The translations under genes and the position numbers were made by a program. A DNA stretch of 64,000 bases from Alphaproteobacteria bacterium (GTDB lineage Bacteria > Pseudomonadota > Alphaproteobacteria > SP197). Where the stretch lies: the NCBI GenBank assembly GCA_965228895.1, contig OZ245842.1:384001-448000 (forward strand). Reading direction: 5' to 3'. The notes under the pieces were generated by a model. The model had not been told where the DNA came from, made no database searches, and was given only the letters and a program-made list of their open reading frames with translations. This document shows, in pieces, positions 55,461-64,000 of this stretch (its first letter is position 1; every line of letters begins with the position of its first letter).

Positions 55461-56632
55461 ATCGGGCACAAATCGCTGAGCCTTTGATTGAGCATCTTGG
55501 CTTCGATCGCCGTCGCGCTTTGGATCGCGCGCGTGAATTGCTTAGCGAACTTGGTATCGCCCGGACTAAGGACGTCGCTTCCGCCTGCCCACACTAGCTC
55601 AGCGGCGGTATGAAGCAGAGGGCGCTGATTGCGGTTGCGCTTAGCTGCGAACCTTCGTTTATCATCCTTGACGAGCCGACGACGGCGTTGGACGTGACAA
55701 TCGAGGCGCAAATCCTCGATATGCTAGCGGACTTGCGGAAACGGCATCACCTAAGTCTGATGTTCATTAGACACAACCTGGCGGTAATACGGCAAGTCTG
55801 CGACAAGGTGTGTGTTCTTTACGCGGGCGAACTCGTGGAGTGGGGCAATGTCGATGAGGTGTTTGACGAACCGTCCCACCCCTACACGAAGGGGCTTCTT
55901 GCATCACTGCCGCGCCTTTCGCCCGAAGCTGAGAAGGAACGCCTGACGTCAATCCCTGGAGGTGTCCCAAGTCTTATCCACGTTCCGCAAGGCTGCATCT
56001 TCGCGTCACGCTGTCCCTATGCTGAACCGGCCTGCCAGGCGCAGGAGCAGTCGTTGCGCGATGTGAGTCCTGAACGCCTATCACGATGCTGGAAGGCGGA
56101 GCAACTGTGGCACCAACCTTGGCCACGCGCGGAGGCCGACAAGGGTGTCGGTGGTGCGCGCTGGACCGGCGACACGCTTGCGGAAGTTGAAGATCTCAGA
56201 AAGGTCTACCGCATCGGCAGCTTCTGGGATCGCCTGAAGCTCAAGCGTACAGAAAGTGGTAGGCTTTCATTCGCAGAACCGCGTCAGATCGTAGCGGTGG
56301 ATCGGGTCTCACTTGAAATCCGTAAAGGCGAGGTGCTTGGCCTCGTTGGTGAGAGCGGGTGCGGAAAGACTACGTTCGGTCGATGCCTCGTTCGCCTGAT
56401 CGAGTCATCGAACGGTCGTGTCGAGTTCGATGGCATGGATGTGCTAGGGGCGAAGCGCGATGGCCTGCGACCTTTCCGACGCAATGCCCAGGTTATCTTT
56501 CAGAACCCAGACTCTTCGCTCAATCCGCGCATGACCATTGAGAACATCATCAGCAGACCACTACGGCTCTTCGATATTGTCGAACCTCACGAAGAACCTC
56601 GTCGCGTGGCTGAGTTGCTTGAGTTGGTCCGT
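55461..56632 (+). pseudogene. Dipeptide/oligopeptide ABC dual-ATPase gene fragment
   Basis: Lacks the first Walker A. AQIAEPL...PH*LSGGMKQR has an in-frame TAG at 55595. The second domain (GESGCGKT, FQNP) breaks off before its LSGG signature. Confidence 0.85.
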
Positions 56633-56722
56633 ACTCCACTTTCGACCCATTCACTCGATCGGCAAGTCTTGTCACAGCCAGTCCTGGACGGACTGCACCA
56701 CGCTTATCTGCGGACGGCATAG
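56633..56722 (+). mobile_element. Integrase-core transposase C-terminal remnant
   Basis: In-frame tail ...SQPVLDGLHHAYLRTA* resembles the P.LGGLHH.Y C-terminus of rve-type transposases. Confidence 0.5.
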
Positions 56723-56731
56723 ATAGCAGGG

Positions 56732-56955
56732 ATAGAGCAAGCAATAGCGAGGCTCAGGAGCGCAAAGTCGCTTCAGGAGTTTGCCTCGATCCACTCTTCA
56801 ATCCGCAATCATTTCAATCAGGAACGCCACATCCACAGACGCCAAGACTTCAAACTCTGCCGCCGATCTGCGATGGCGGAGTGGCGTCAACTCGCTGCCT
56901 GATTGATTCTAATCGAGCGGATTTGTTGGTCAGATAGAATTGCTCTGACAGTGCC
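56732..56955 (+). mobile_element. IS6-family transposase 3' remnant with right inverted repeat
   Basis: Manual translation of 56732-56902: EQAIARLRSAKSLQEFASIHSSIRNHFNQERH...FK..R..AMAEWRQLAA*. Ends in TGACAGTGCC (reverse complement GGCACTGTCA, an IS6/IS26-type end). Confidence 0.8.
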
Positions 56956-56990
56956 GTTTTGTGACTATGCCTTGTGACAAGGCCTTCCTA

Positions 56991-58079
56991 TCAGCCGTTA
57001 GCCTGTTTGTTGCGCAATCCCGTCGGCACTTGGCAAAACGCGCGCTTGAAACAGCGGCTGAAGTGAGAGGCGTCGGCAAAACCGCAGTCATAGGCAATCT
57101 GCGTTACCGTACGCGTCGTGTGGGTTAGCAACCAGCGGCCGTGTTTTAGCCGCATGGTCCGGTAGTAGGTCTGCGGACTAACACCAAAGCTGCGCCGGAA
57201 ACCGCGTTCGAGTTGTCTCACGCTCGATCCCACACGGCCCGCGATATGCCCGATGGCCGGGGGATTGTTCATATGTTGCTCCATGATGAACACCGCCTTT
57301 CTGACCCGATCGTCGAAGACGTGGAAATAGTCATCGACCATTGGCAACTGCGCGTGATCGGGCGACCGGATTTCGTCGATCACCAGGTGAGGCAGTATCT
57401 TGAGCGCCCGGTCCCTGCCGCAGTGGCGTTCGATCAGCATGGCGGCCAGATCGATTGCTGCGGCGCCGCCGGCACAGGTCACGCGGTCCCGGTCGACGAC
57501 GATGATCTCGTCGGTGATGGTCTGTGCGTTCGGAAATTCCAACTCGAATTCGTGGTCATGATAGCCGTGGACGCAGCATCGATAGCCGTCCAACAGGCCG
57601 GCGCGTGCCAGCACGAAGACGCCGGTGCAAACGCCGACTAGCGGCACGCCTTGGCCGGCGGCGCGCCTGAGATAGGCCAGCGTCGCGGCGTCGTACTCAA
57701 GCTCGTCGCTCAGCAACCCGCCGACAACGACCAGATAGTCGAAACGCGCCGGGTCGGCGAAGGTTTCGGTGTGGGTGATCGTAATACCGCAGCTCGACCG
57801 CACCGGGCGCAGATCGGGTCCGACCACCGACCAGCGACACCGCACCTGGCGGCTTCTATCGCCGACATCGCTGGCGATCCTCAACGCATCGACAAATCCG
57901 GCAAAAGCAAGCAGCGTAAATGCGGGCGTCAGGATAAATCCGACCGTGAGATCGGGTGTCACGTTGCCGGCCCGCTCGTCGTCGGCGGCAAGCACCTCCA
58001 TGAAACCCGGTCGATAGTCGCCGGCCTGGTTTTGCTCGGTCGACCGCCGGTTGGAGCGATATCGGCTTGTTTTGCCCAC
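56991..58079 (-). CDS. GlxA-family AraC regulator (GbdR/CdhR/SouR-like)
   Basis: DJ-1-like N-domain (FTLLAFAGFVDALR, GVCTG.F.LA.AGLL) plus AraC HTH (RQLER.F, IA..CGF..ASHFSR). Alternative start at 58001. Confidence 0.93.
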   Translation of the reverse strand: MGKTSRYRSNRRSTEQNQAGDYRPGFMEVLAADDERAGNVTPDLTVGFILTPAFTLLAFAGFVDALRIASDVGDRSRQVRCRWSVVGPDLRPVRSSCGITITHTETFADPARFDYLVVVGGLLSDELEYDAATLAYLRRAAGQGVPLVGVCTGVFVLARAGLLDGYRCCVHGYHDHEFELEFPNAQTITDEIIVVDRDRVTCAGGAAAIDLAAMLIERHCGRDRALKILPHLVIDEIRSPDHAQLPMVDDYFHVFDDRVRKAVFIMEQHMNNPPAIGHIAGRVGSSVRQLERGFRRSFGVSPQTYYRTMRLKHGRWLLTHTTRTVTQIAYDCGFADASHFSRCFKRAFCQVPTGLRNKQANG

Positions 58080-58267
58080 ACCGCGGCTCCCTTACACCTT
58101 GGGCAGCCGGCCAAACACCGGGCGCCGACCGTCAGTCTATGTCGAGTCCATACCGTCGGTCGACTATTGCGTTCTAAGCTGGCGGCCGCGGTGCTCCCAA
58201 GATTTGGCCGGGGCACGATCCACGCTTGCTGTTTGGCCGCCAGGCTCTTGTTGTTGTGGGATATGTC

Positions 58268-59422
58268 ATGAAAATTACCTCGATCGAAGCCTTTCCATTC
58301 CGATTGCCGCCGCGCCGTGAGTTCCGCTGGGCGGGCTTGAAGGTCGATCTTGGCGGTTTTGTTTTCGTGCGTGTTCATAGCGACGATGGACTCTCGGGCA
58401 TCGGCGAAGCGACGCCGCTACCCGATTGGGGCGGCGACTTCAATAGGCGCGGCGGCGAGACGCAGAGGACGGTCGTCGAGATCGTCAAGTCGGTCATCGA
58501 GCCAGTCCTGGTCGGCCTCGATCCGACCGCGATCGAAACCTGCAACGCCGCCATGGACCGGGCTGTGCGCGGCAACAGCTATGCCAAGAATGCCGTCGAT
58601 ATCGCACTGCACGACCTTTGGGGCAAGGCGCTCGGTCAACCGATCTACAAGCTCCTGGGCGGCGCCTTTCGTGACCGGGTGGCGGTAGCCCACATGGTCG
58701 GCATCATGCCCAACGACGATGCGCTCGCCGAGGCCGAAGCAGCGGTTGTCGACGGCATCACCGCATTCCAGATCAAAGGCGGCGAAGACGCGCCCCGCGA
58801 CATTACGCTGATCCATACGTTGCGCGAACGACTGGGGCCCGACATCATGCTCAGGCTAGACATCAACCAGGGATATCGCGACGTTAAGATGGCGATCCAG
58901 GTGCTGGATGCCCTGGCCGACGCAGGCCTCGACTATGTCGAGCAGCCGGCCATCGGCTTTCATGACATGAGCGTGGTGACGGCAAACGTGACCCCGCGTG
59001 TGATTGCCGATGAGACGTGCTGGAACGGTGCCGACGCGCTGGAACTGATCGAGACCCGGGCGGCCGACTGTATCTCGATCTATCTCGCCAAGGCCGGCGG
59101 CATTGCGCCGGCGCGCCAGGTGGCGGCCATCGCGCAGGCTGCCGGCATCGATTGCGATGTCAACGGCTCGATCGAATCGGCGGTCGGCAATGCCGCCAAT
59201 CTGCACGTGGCGCTCGCTATGCCGTCGGTCACCCTGCCGTGTGTCATTCCGGTGAGCGCGCCAGCCGGTCGCCATCCGTGCGATGTCGGCGGTAACTATT
59301 ATAGCGACGACGTTATCGCCGCGCCGTTCGGCTACCAGGAGGGCCGCCTGTTGCCGCTGGACGGTCCGGGCCTCGGTATCGAAATCGACGAGGCCAAGCT
59401 GGAGCGGTTCCGTGAGGATTGA
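58268..59422 (+). CDS. Enolase superfamily, mandelate racemase/muconate lactonizing-type enzyme
   Basis: G.GEA, DIAL.DL.GK, Mg ligands D.NQ / EQP / ADE, GPGLG. Confidence 0.92.
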   Translation: MKITSIEAFPFRLPPRREFRWAGLKVDLGGFVFVRVHSDDGLSGIGEATPLPDWGGDFNRRGGETQRTVVEIVKSVIEPVLVGLDPTAIETCNAAMDRAVRGNSYAKNAVDIALHDLWGKALGQPIYKLLGGAFRDRVAVAHMVGIMPNDDALAEAEAAVVDGITAFQIKGGEDAPRDITLIHTLRERLGPDIMLRLDINQGYRDVKMAIQVLDALADAGLDYVEQPAIGFHDMSVVTANVTPRVIADETCWNGADALELIETRAADCISIYLAKAGGIAPARQVAAIAQAAGIDCDVNGSIESAVGNAANLHVALAMPSVTLPCVIPVSAPAGRHPCDVGGNYYSDDVIAAPFGYQEGRLLPLDGPGLGIEIDEAKLERFRED

Positions 59423-60608
59423 GGCAGGCGAGTTCCGGGCGCGCCAGAAAAACTTCGCCGCGACGTTGATCGCCGCCGGGCTCGACGGCGCCATCGTCGT
59501 GTCGCGCGGCGGCTCGACCCTGGACCGTTATGCCAACGTGCTCTATCTGACCGGCCACTACCAGCACTATAGCTACCTGCCCGAATCGCCGCCGATTTTC
59601 TCAGGCCGGGCGCACAATTGTCTGGTGATCGATGCCGAAGGCGGCAACGTGCTGTGCGTGGCCGTGCCGGAGGTCGACGAGGCAAACGTCGTCGCCGATC
59701 GCATCGCCCATTCCGACCGCTGGGTCGAGACGGTCGCCGTCGCAATCAACGACCTGGGACTGACACACAGCAAGCTCGGCCTGGTCGGCGGCGATGTGCT
59801 GCCCGCCAACCAATGGGACTTGCTGAAGCAGGAATTGCCCGCGGTCCGTTGGTCGGATGTGGAACCGATGCTGAACGAGCTGCGACGCATCAAAAGCCCG
59901 GCCGAGCAGGCGTTGATCCGCGAGGCCTGCCGGATCAACCGGCAGGCGGTGACCGCGTTCTTCGCCGCTGCACGGCCCGGCGCGATGGAAGCCGATTGCG
60001 CGGCCGATGCTCTCGATGTCATCGCCCGACATGGATCCGGTTTTTATTATGCCGCGGTCTCGTCCGGTCCTCACGCTTGGCGCTGGATGACGTCGCCCTT
60101 GCCCGGCTGGTCAAGACGCCAGCTCGAGGCGGGCGACTTGCTGCGCCTCGATCTGGCGAGCGTCTTTGAGGGTTACTTGAGCGATTTTGGCCGCACGATC
60201 GTGGTCGGCGCCACGCCCAGCGACGATCAACGTATGTTGCTCGATGCCCTGCACCAGTCGATTGATTGCGCGATCGATGCGGTGCGTTCCGGTGCGCTGG
60301 TGCGCGACATCGTCGCGGCTGGCGAGCAATCGCTTGAGGACGCCGGCGTTTTGACGGGAGATGTCGCGGAGCCCGGTGTTATGCACGCGTCCTATCCGGC
60401 CCACTGGGGGCACTGCCTGGGACTGGGATGGGAGGAGCCATGGATGGTCGCCGGTAGCGAGGCGGCGATCGAGCCCGGCATGTACGTGGCTATCGAACGG
60501 GCATTGTCACTCGACGGTGTTGGCACCGTGGCGGCGGAGCAGGACCTTCTGGTCGGCGAGCACGCGACGGAGGTTTTGACCGAAGGGTCTGACGGCAGGT
60601 GGTCGTAG
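59412..60608 (+). CDS. M24 family metallopeptidase/amidohydrolase
   Basis: YLTG, IKSPAE, and metal ligands D..., GY.SD..RT, GH..G, IE, EQ. GTG start overlaps the upstream stop. Confidence 0.88.
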   Translation: MRIEAGEFRARQKNFAATLIAAGLDGAIVVSRGGSTLDRYANVLYLTGHYQHYSYLPESPPIFSGRAHNCLVIDAEGGNVLCVAVPEVDEANVVADRIAHSDRWVETVAVAINDLGLTHSKLGLVGGDVLPANQWDLLKQELPAVRWSDVEPMLNELRRIKSPAEQALIREACRINRQAVTAFFAAARPGAMEADCAADALDVIARHGSGFYYAAVSSGPHAWRWMTSPLPGWSRRQLEAGDLLRLDLASVFEGYLSDFGRTIVVGATPSDDQRMLLDALHQSIDCAIDAVRSGALVRDIVAAGEQSLEDAGVLTGDVAEPGVMHASYPAHWGHCLGLGWEEPWMVAGSEAAIEPGMYVAIERALSLDGVGTVAAEQDLLVGEHATEVLTEGSDGRWS

Positions 60609-60741
60609 CGGCAGAGCCGGACAACGTTTGCCGTCGTCTCCGTTCCAAACAATGGCCGCCTCGTTCTAAGCGTGACGTCCCGCCGATCGCTAGACTCGTT
60701 ACCCTATCGACATGTTCACGACGACAGCGGGAGGGTTGATC

Positions 60742-61866
60742 ATGACATCACGTCGTTTGGTTCGGGAGCCGGGTTACCGGCTTGGACGCCGCCAGGTACT
60801 GGCTGGCGCGGCAGGCATCACGTCCGCGTTGGCGTTCGGCCCGCGGGCTTGGGCACTCGACCGTAGCGAGGTCGACGCTGCTTCAGGCACGGTGAAGATG
60901 CTCGTCTGGGAGGGCTATGACAATCCCGACGCCTTCGCCGCGTTAAGCGACATCCAGATCGAGGCGGGTTACTTGGCCGCCAACGAGGACACCATCACCA
61001 AGACCCAACCGGCCGGCGCGTTCGACATGCTGACGATTTACCAGGGCATGGTCGACCCGCTGATGGCGACCGACCGGGTGATGCCAATCGACACGTCCTT
61101 GCTGAACAACTATGGCCAGCTCTATCCCTTCTTCCGAGATTCCGAAGCGTTCCAGCGTGACGGCAAAGTCTATGCCGTGCCTTATGCCTGGGGCTCGATG
61201 GAAGTTCTCTACGATGCCGACAACACGTCGGCGCCAAAGAGCTTTGACGATCTGATGAGCCCGGACCTGACCGGCAAGATCGCCATGGTCGACGACGCCT
61301 ATGCCAGCATCACGACGTTTGCCCGTTATGCCGGTTTCCAGAACGCCAATCGCCTGACCAGCGACGAGCTCGATAAGACCATGGATCTTTTGTTGACGTT
61401 CAAGCCGCAGCTTCTGACCATCGCGCCCAGCTACGGCGAGTTGCCGGCCATGTTCTCGCGCCGCGAGATCCTGGTCTCGGTGCCGGACTGGGTGCCGACG
61501 GCGCTGGCCGCGCGAGACAGCGACGTCAATGTCCAGGCAACGCTGCCGGAGGAAGGCGGACTGAGTTTTGTCGATAGTTGGATGACGGTTGTCGGCGCCG
61601 AGAACGAGGCCGGTGCTTACGCCGTCATGGACCAGGCCATTGGTGCCCAGGCCCAGGCCGTGATCGGCGAATACACGTGGCTTGGCATCGTCAATCCAGA
61701 GGGCGTCTCCTTGATGAGCGACACCATGGCAAACGCTTACAGCTATGATGGGATCGATCAGGTCTTCGCCAAGGCGCCGCTGTTCGCCGGTGTGCCCGTC
61801 GAGTCGGACGAATACACGACGCTCGACGAGTGGCTGGCACGCTGGACCGACTTCAAAGCGGCCTGA
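60742..61866 (+). CDS. PotD-like ABC substrate-binding protein with Tat signal
   Basis: GRRQVL leader; WEGY, YAVPYAWG, PEEG..S.VD. Confidence 0.9.
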   Translation: MTSRRLVREPGYRLGRRQVLAGAAGITSALAFGPRAWALDRSEVDAASGTVKMLVWEGYDNPDAFAALSDIQIEAGYLAANEDTITKTQPAGAFDMLTIYQGMVDPLMATDRVMPIDTSLLNNYGQLYPFFRDSEAFQRDGKVYAVPYAWGSMEVLYDADNTSAPKSFDDLMSPDLTGKIAMVDDAYASITTFARYAGFQNANRLTSDELDKTMDLLLTFKPQLLTIAPSYGELPAMFSRREILVSVPDWVPTALAARDSDVNVQATLPEEGGLSFVDSWMTVVGAENEAGAYAVMDQAIGAQAQAVIGEYTWLGIVNPEGVSLMSDTMANAYSYDGIDQVFAKAPLFAGVPVESDEYTTLDEWLARWTDFKAA

Positions 61867-61934
61867 GGTCACATGATGTCGAGTTGCCTGCATCTTCCCC
61901 CCGCAAGGGGGGAGGACCGGTAACGAGGCAGGGC

Positions 61935-63014
61935 ATGGTTCAGGCAGGCAGTGTCTCGCTCAGAGACGTATCGAAACACTTCGGTGATCTGGTCGCGGTC
62001 CGACATGTCGACCTCGACATCCAGGACGGCGAGTTCCTGACGCTGCTTGGTCCGTCGGGCTGCGGCAAGACGACCCTCTTGCGCATGATTGCCGGTTTCG
62101 AGAAACCGAGCACGGGATCGATCGCCATCGGCGATACCGACATCACCTTCCTGGCGCCCGAGGACCGCCCGCTCAACATGGTCTTTCAACGCTATGCTTT
62201 GTTTCCCCACCTGAATGTCTTCGACAACGTCGCCTATGGCCTGCGTGTCAAGGGCGGCAAATCCGAGGATGTGCGGACGAGCGTCGGGCGTGCGTTGGAG
62301 ATGGTCGACATGGTGGCGTTTGCGGACGCCGACGTGACGCGGCTGTCGGGCGGGCAGTCACAGCGTGTGGCGCTGGCGCGCGCCCTGGTTAACGAGCCTC
62401 CCGTCCTGCTTCTCGATGAGCCGCTGGGCGCCCTAGACCTCCAACTCAGAAAGCGCATGCAGGTCGAGCTGCGTGATATTCAGCACCGCCTGGGGACGAC
62501 CTTCATCTTCGTAACCCACGACCAGGAAGAGGCGCTCGCCATGAGCGGGCGCATCGCCGTCTTCCAGTCGGGCGACCTGATCCAGGTCGGCGCCCCCGAA
62601 GACGTTTACCGCAGGCCCGCCACCCGGTTTGTCGCTTCGTTCATCGGCGAGGGTACGCTGATCGCCGGTGCCGCCGGGCGCAACGGTGGGCGTCTCGTCG
62701 CGCGTCTCGACGGCGCTGCCCGGCCGATCGACATCACGACGAGCCACGCCGACAGTATACCCGACGGAGAAAATGGTGCGGTGTTGATCCGCCCGGAGCA
62801 CCTGCGGCTGGTGGACGCGGCCGAAGGGCGTCTCACTGGGCGCGTGCGCGACCGTATCTTTCTGGGCGCGCAGTACCGCTATTTGGTGATTTTGCCAGAT
62901 GGGTCGGAAGCCAAGGCGGACGCAGCCTTCGGGGTGGCGCCGCAAGCAGGCGACGAGGTGGGCCTCGACTGGGATGACGCCGCCGCCGTTTGGGTCAGGG
63001 AGGGTGCGCCGTGA
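61935..63014 (+). CDS. PotA-like ABC ATP-binding protein
   Basis: GPSGCGKT, VFQRYALFPH, LSGGQ, DEPLGALD, THDQEEA. Confidence 0.94.
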   Translation: MVQAGSVSLRDVSKHFGDLVAVRHVDLDIQDGEFLTLLGPSGCGKTTLLRMIAGFEKPSTGSIAIGDTDITFLAPEDRPLNMVFQRYALFPHLNVFDNVAYGLRVKGGKSEDVRTSVGRALEMVDMVAFADADVTRLSGGQSQRVALARALVNEPPVLLLDEPLGALDLQLRKRMQVELRDIQHRLGTTFIFVTHDQEEALAMSGRIAVFQSGDLIQVGAPEDVYRRPATRFVASFIGEGTLIAGAAGRNGGRLVARLDGAARPIDITTSHADSIPDGENGAVLIRPEHLRLVDAAEGRLTGRVRDRIFLGAQYRYLVILPDGSEAKADAAFGVAPQAGDEVGLDWDDAAAVWVREGAP

Positions 63015-64000
63015 CCGGGCGCCTGGCACGCCTGCTGCCGCTGCCGGCGACGCCGGTTGCGATCTATCTTGTCGTGATTCTGGTCGCCCCGGTTTCGGTC
63101 ATGGCGGTCTACAGCTTCTGGAAGGCAAGCTTCTTTGCCGTCACCCGCGATTTCACCCTCGACAACTACGTGCGCATCGTCGACCAGGCACTCTATATCG
63201 AGCTCATCCTAAGATCCCTCACCATCGGTCTGGTGGTCGCCGCGATCTGCGTGCCGCTGAGTTATCTGCTGGCCTTTGCCGTCACCTTCCGCTTTCCCAA
63301 ATGGGGCAGGGCGATCCTGGTGCTCATCATGCTGTCCATGCTGTCGAGCTATCTGGTACGCATCTACGCCTGGAAGACGATCCTGGGCCCCCAAGGCGCG
63401 ATCAACCAGCTCCTGATGGCGACCGGTTTGATCGACGAACCGCTCGCCTTCTTGCTCTATGGCGACTTCGCGCTGGTCGTCACTTTGACTCACATCTTGG
63501 TGCCCTATGCGGTGTTGCCGATCTATTCGGCGATGCAGAACATCGACCGTCAGACGCTGGAGGCCTCGCGCGATCTGGGCGCAACGTCGACCGGCACGTT
63601 CTGGCGTGTGCTGTTGCCGCAATCGATGACAGGCGTTGTCACCGCCTTCATCTTCTGCTTCATCCTGGCCGCCGCCGATTACGTCACGCCGCAATTGGTC
63701 GGCGGCAAGTCGGGCATGCTGGTCGGACGCGTGATCGCCGATCAGTACGGGCTCGCCGGCAATCCGCCCTTCGGCGCGGCTCTGTCGATCGGCCTGATGC
63801 TTGGGTTCGGTGTCGTCTTGGTGCTGCTTGCCATGCTGCGGCGTTTCCTGGTCCCGGTGTTTCACCGCATCCTGCTGTCGACGGGCCAACATCGGCCGGG
63901 CACGCGCCGCCACGCGTATCGCAGGTCCTGGGGACCGGAGATTGGCACCATCGCCCTTCTGGTCTTCCTCTACGCACCGTTGATCATCGTGTTGGTCTTC
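63011..64000 (+). CDS. PotB-like permease continuing in frame into a PotC-like permease (runs off the window end)
   Basis: Not in the ORF track. GTGA overlap at 63011; FTLDNY, LVR.YAW, EAS.DLGA, P.L.GG. No stop codon before a PotC-like FLYAPLIIVLVF start. Confidence 0.88.
   Translation, partial: MTGRLARLLPLPATPVAIYLVVILVAPVSVMAVYSFWKASFFAVTRDFTLDNYVRIVDQALYIELILRSLTIGLVVAAICVPLSYLLAFAVTFRFPKWGRAILVLIMLSMLSSYLVRIYAWKTILGPQGAINQLLMATGLIDEPLAFLLYGDFALVVTLTHILVPYAVLPIYSAMQNIDRQTLEASRDLGATSTGTFWRVLLPQSMTGVVTAFIFCFILAAADYVTPQLVGGKSGMLVGRVIADQYGLAGNPPFGAALSIGLMLGFGVVLVLLAMLRRFLVPVFHRILLSTGQHRPGTRRHAYRRSWGPEIGTIALLVFLYAPLIIVLVF

Noticed and set aside
55610-56722. 370-aa ORF as an intact ABC ATPase
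   Set aside because: It starts after the first signature motif, downstream of an in-frame stop, and lacks the second signature and Walker B. It is called a pseudogene.
19852-63312. KOPS (GGGNAGGG) polarity as evidence for the replication terminus
   Set aside because: The few copies noticed (+ at about 19852, 33068, 39826 and 63304; - at about 52392) do not switch cleanly, and the scan was not exhaustive.

Overview
A GC-rich bacterial window, probably from an alphaproteobacterium (inferred from gene content and repeat types). It contains no housekeeping, rRNA, tRNA or CRISPR features. It is a dense mosaic of catabolic modules that appear aimed at amines, betaines and N-heterocycles. The content is six Rieske oxygenase alpha subunits (one with a beta subunit, and no classical reductase in the window), two trimethylamine/histamine-dehydrogenase-family flavoproteins, two tandem OYE-type flavin/Fe-S oxidoreductases and an N,N-dimethylformamidase-like alpha/beta pair. 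It also holds TauD and PhyH dioxygenases, GFA proteins, an amidase, two M24 hydrolases, a DUF35/thiolase-like CoA operon, five ABC substrate-binding proteins and six regulators. The most unusual non-coding signal is three dif-like XerD/XerC 28-bp sites (15780, 18640, 43145). They are in direct orientation, share the spacer TGCAGA and sit at module junctions, which suggests Xer-mediated accretion of catabolic cassettes. A TTCCCTG-rich palindromic element abuts the first site and recurs in degenerate form at about 55.4 kb, next to a truncated ABC ATPase pseudogene followed by integrase and IS6 remnants. Start codons were adjusted by eye from RBS and homology. Substrate assignments are inferences.
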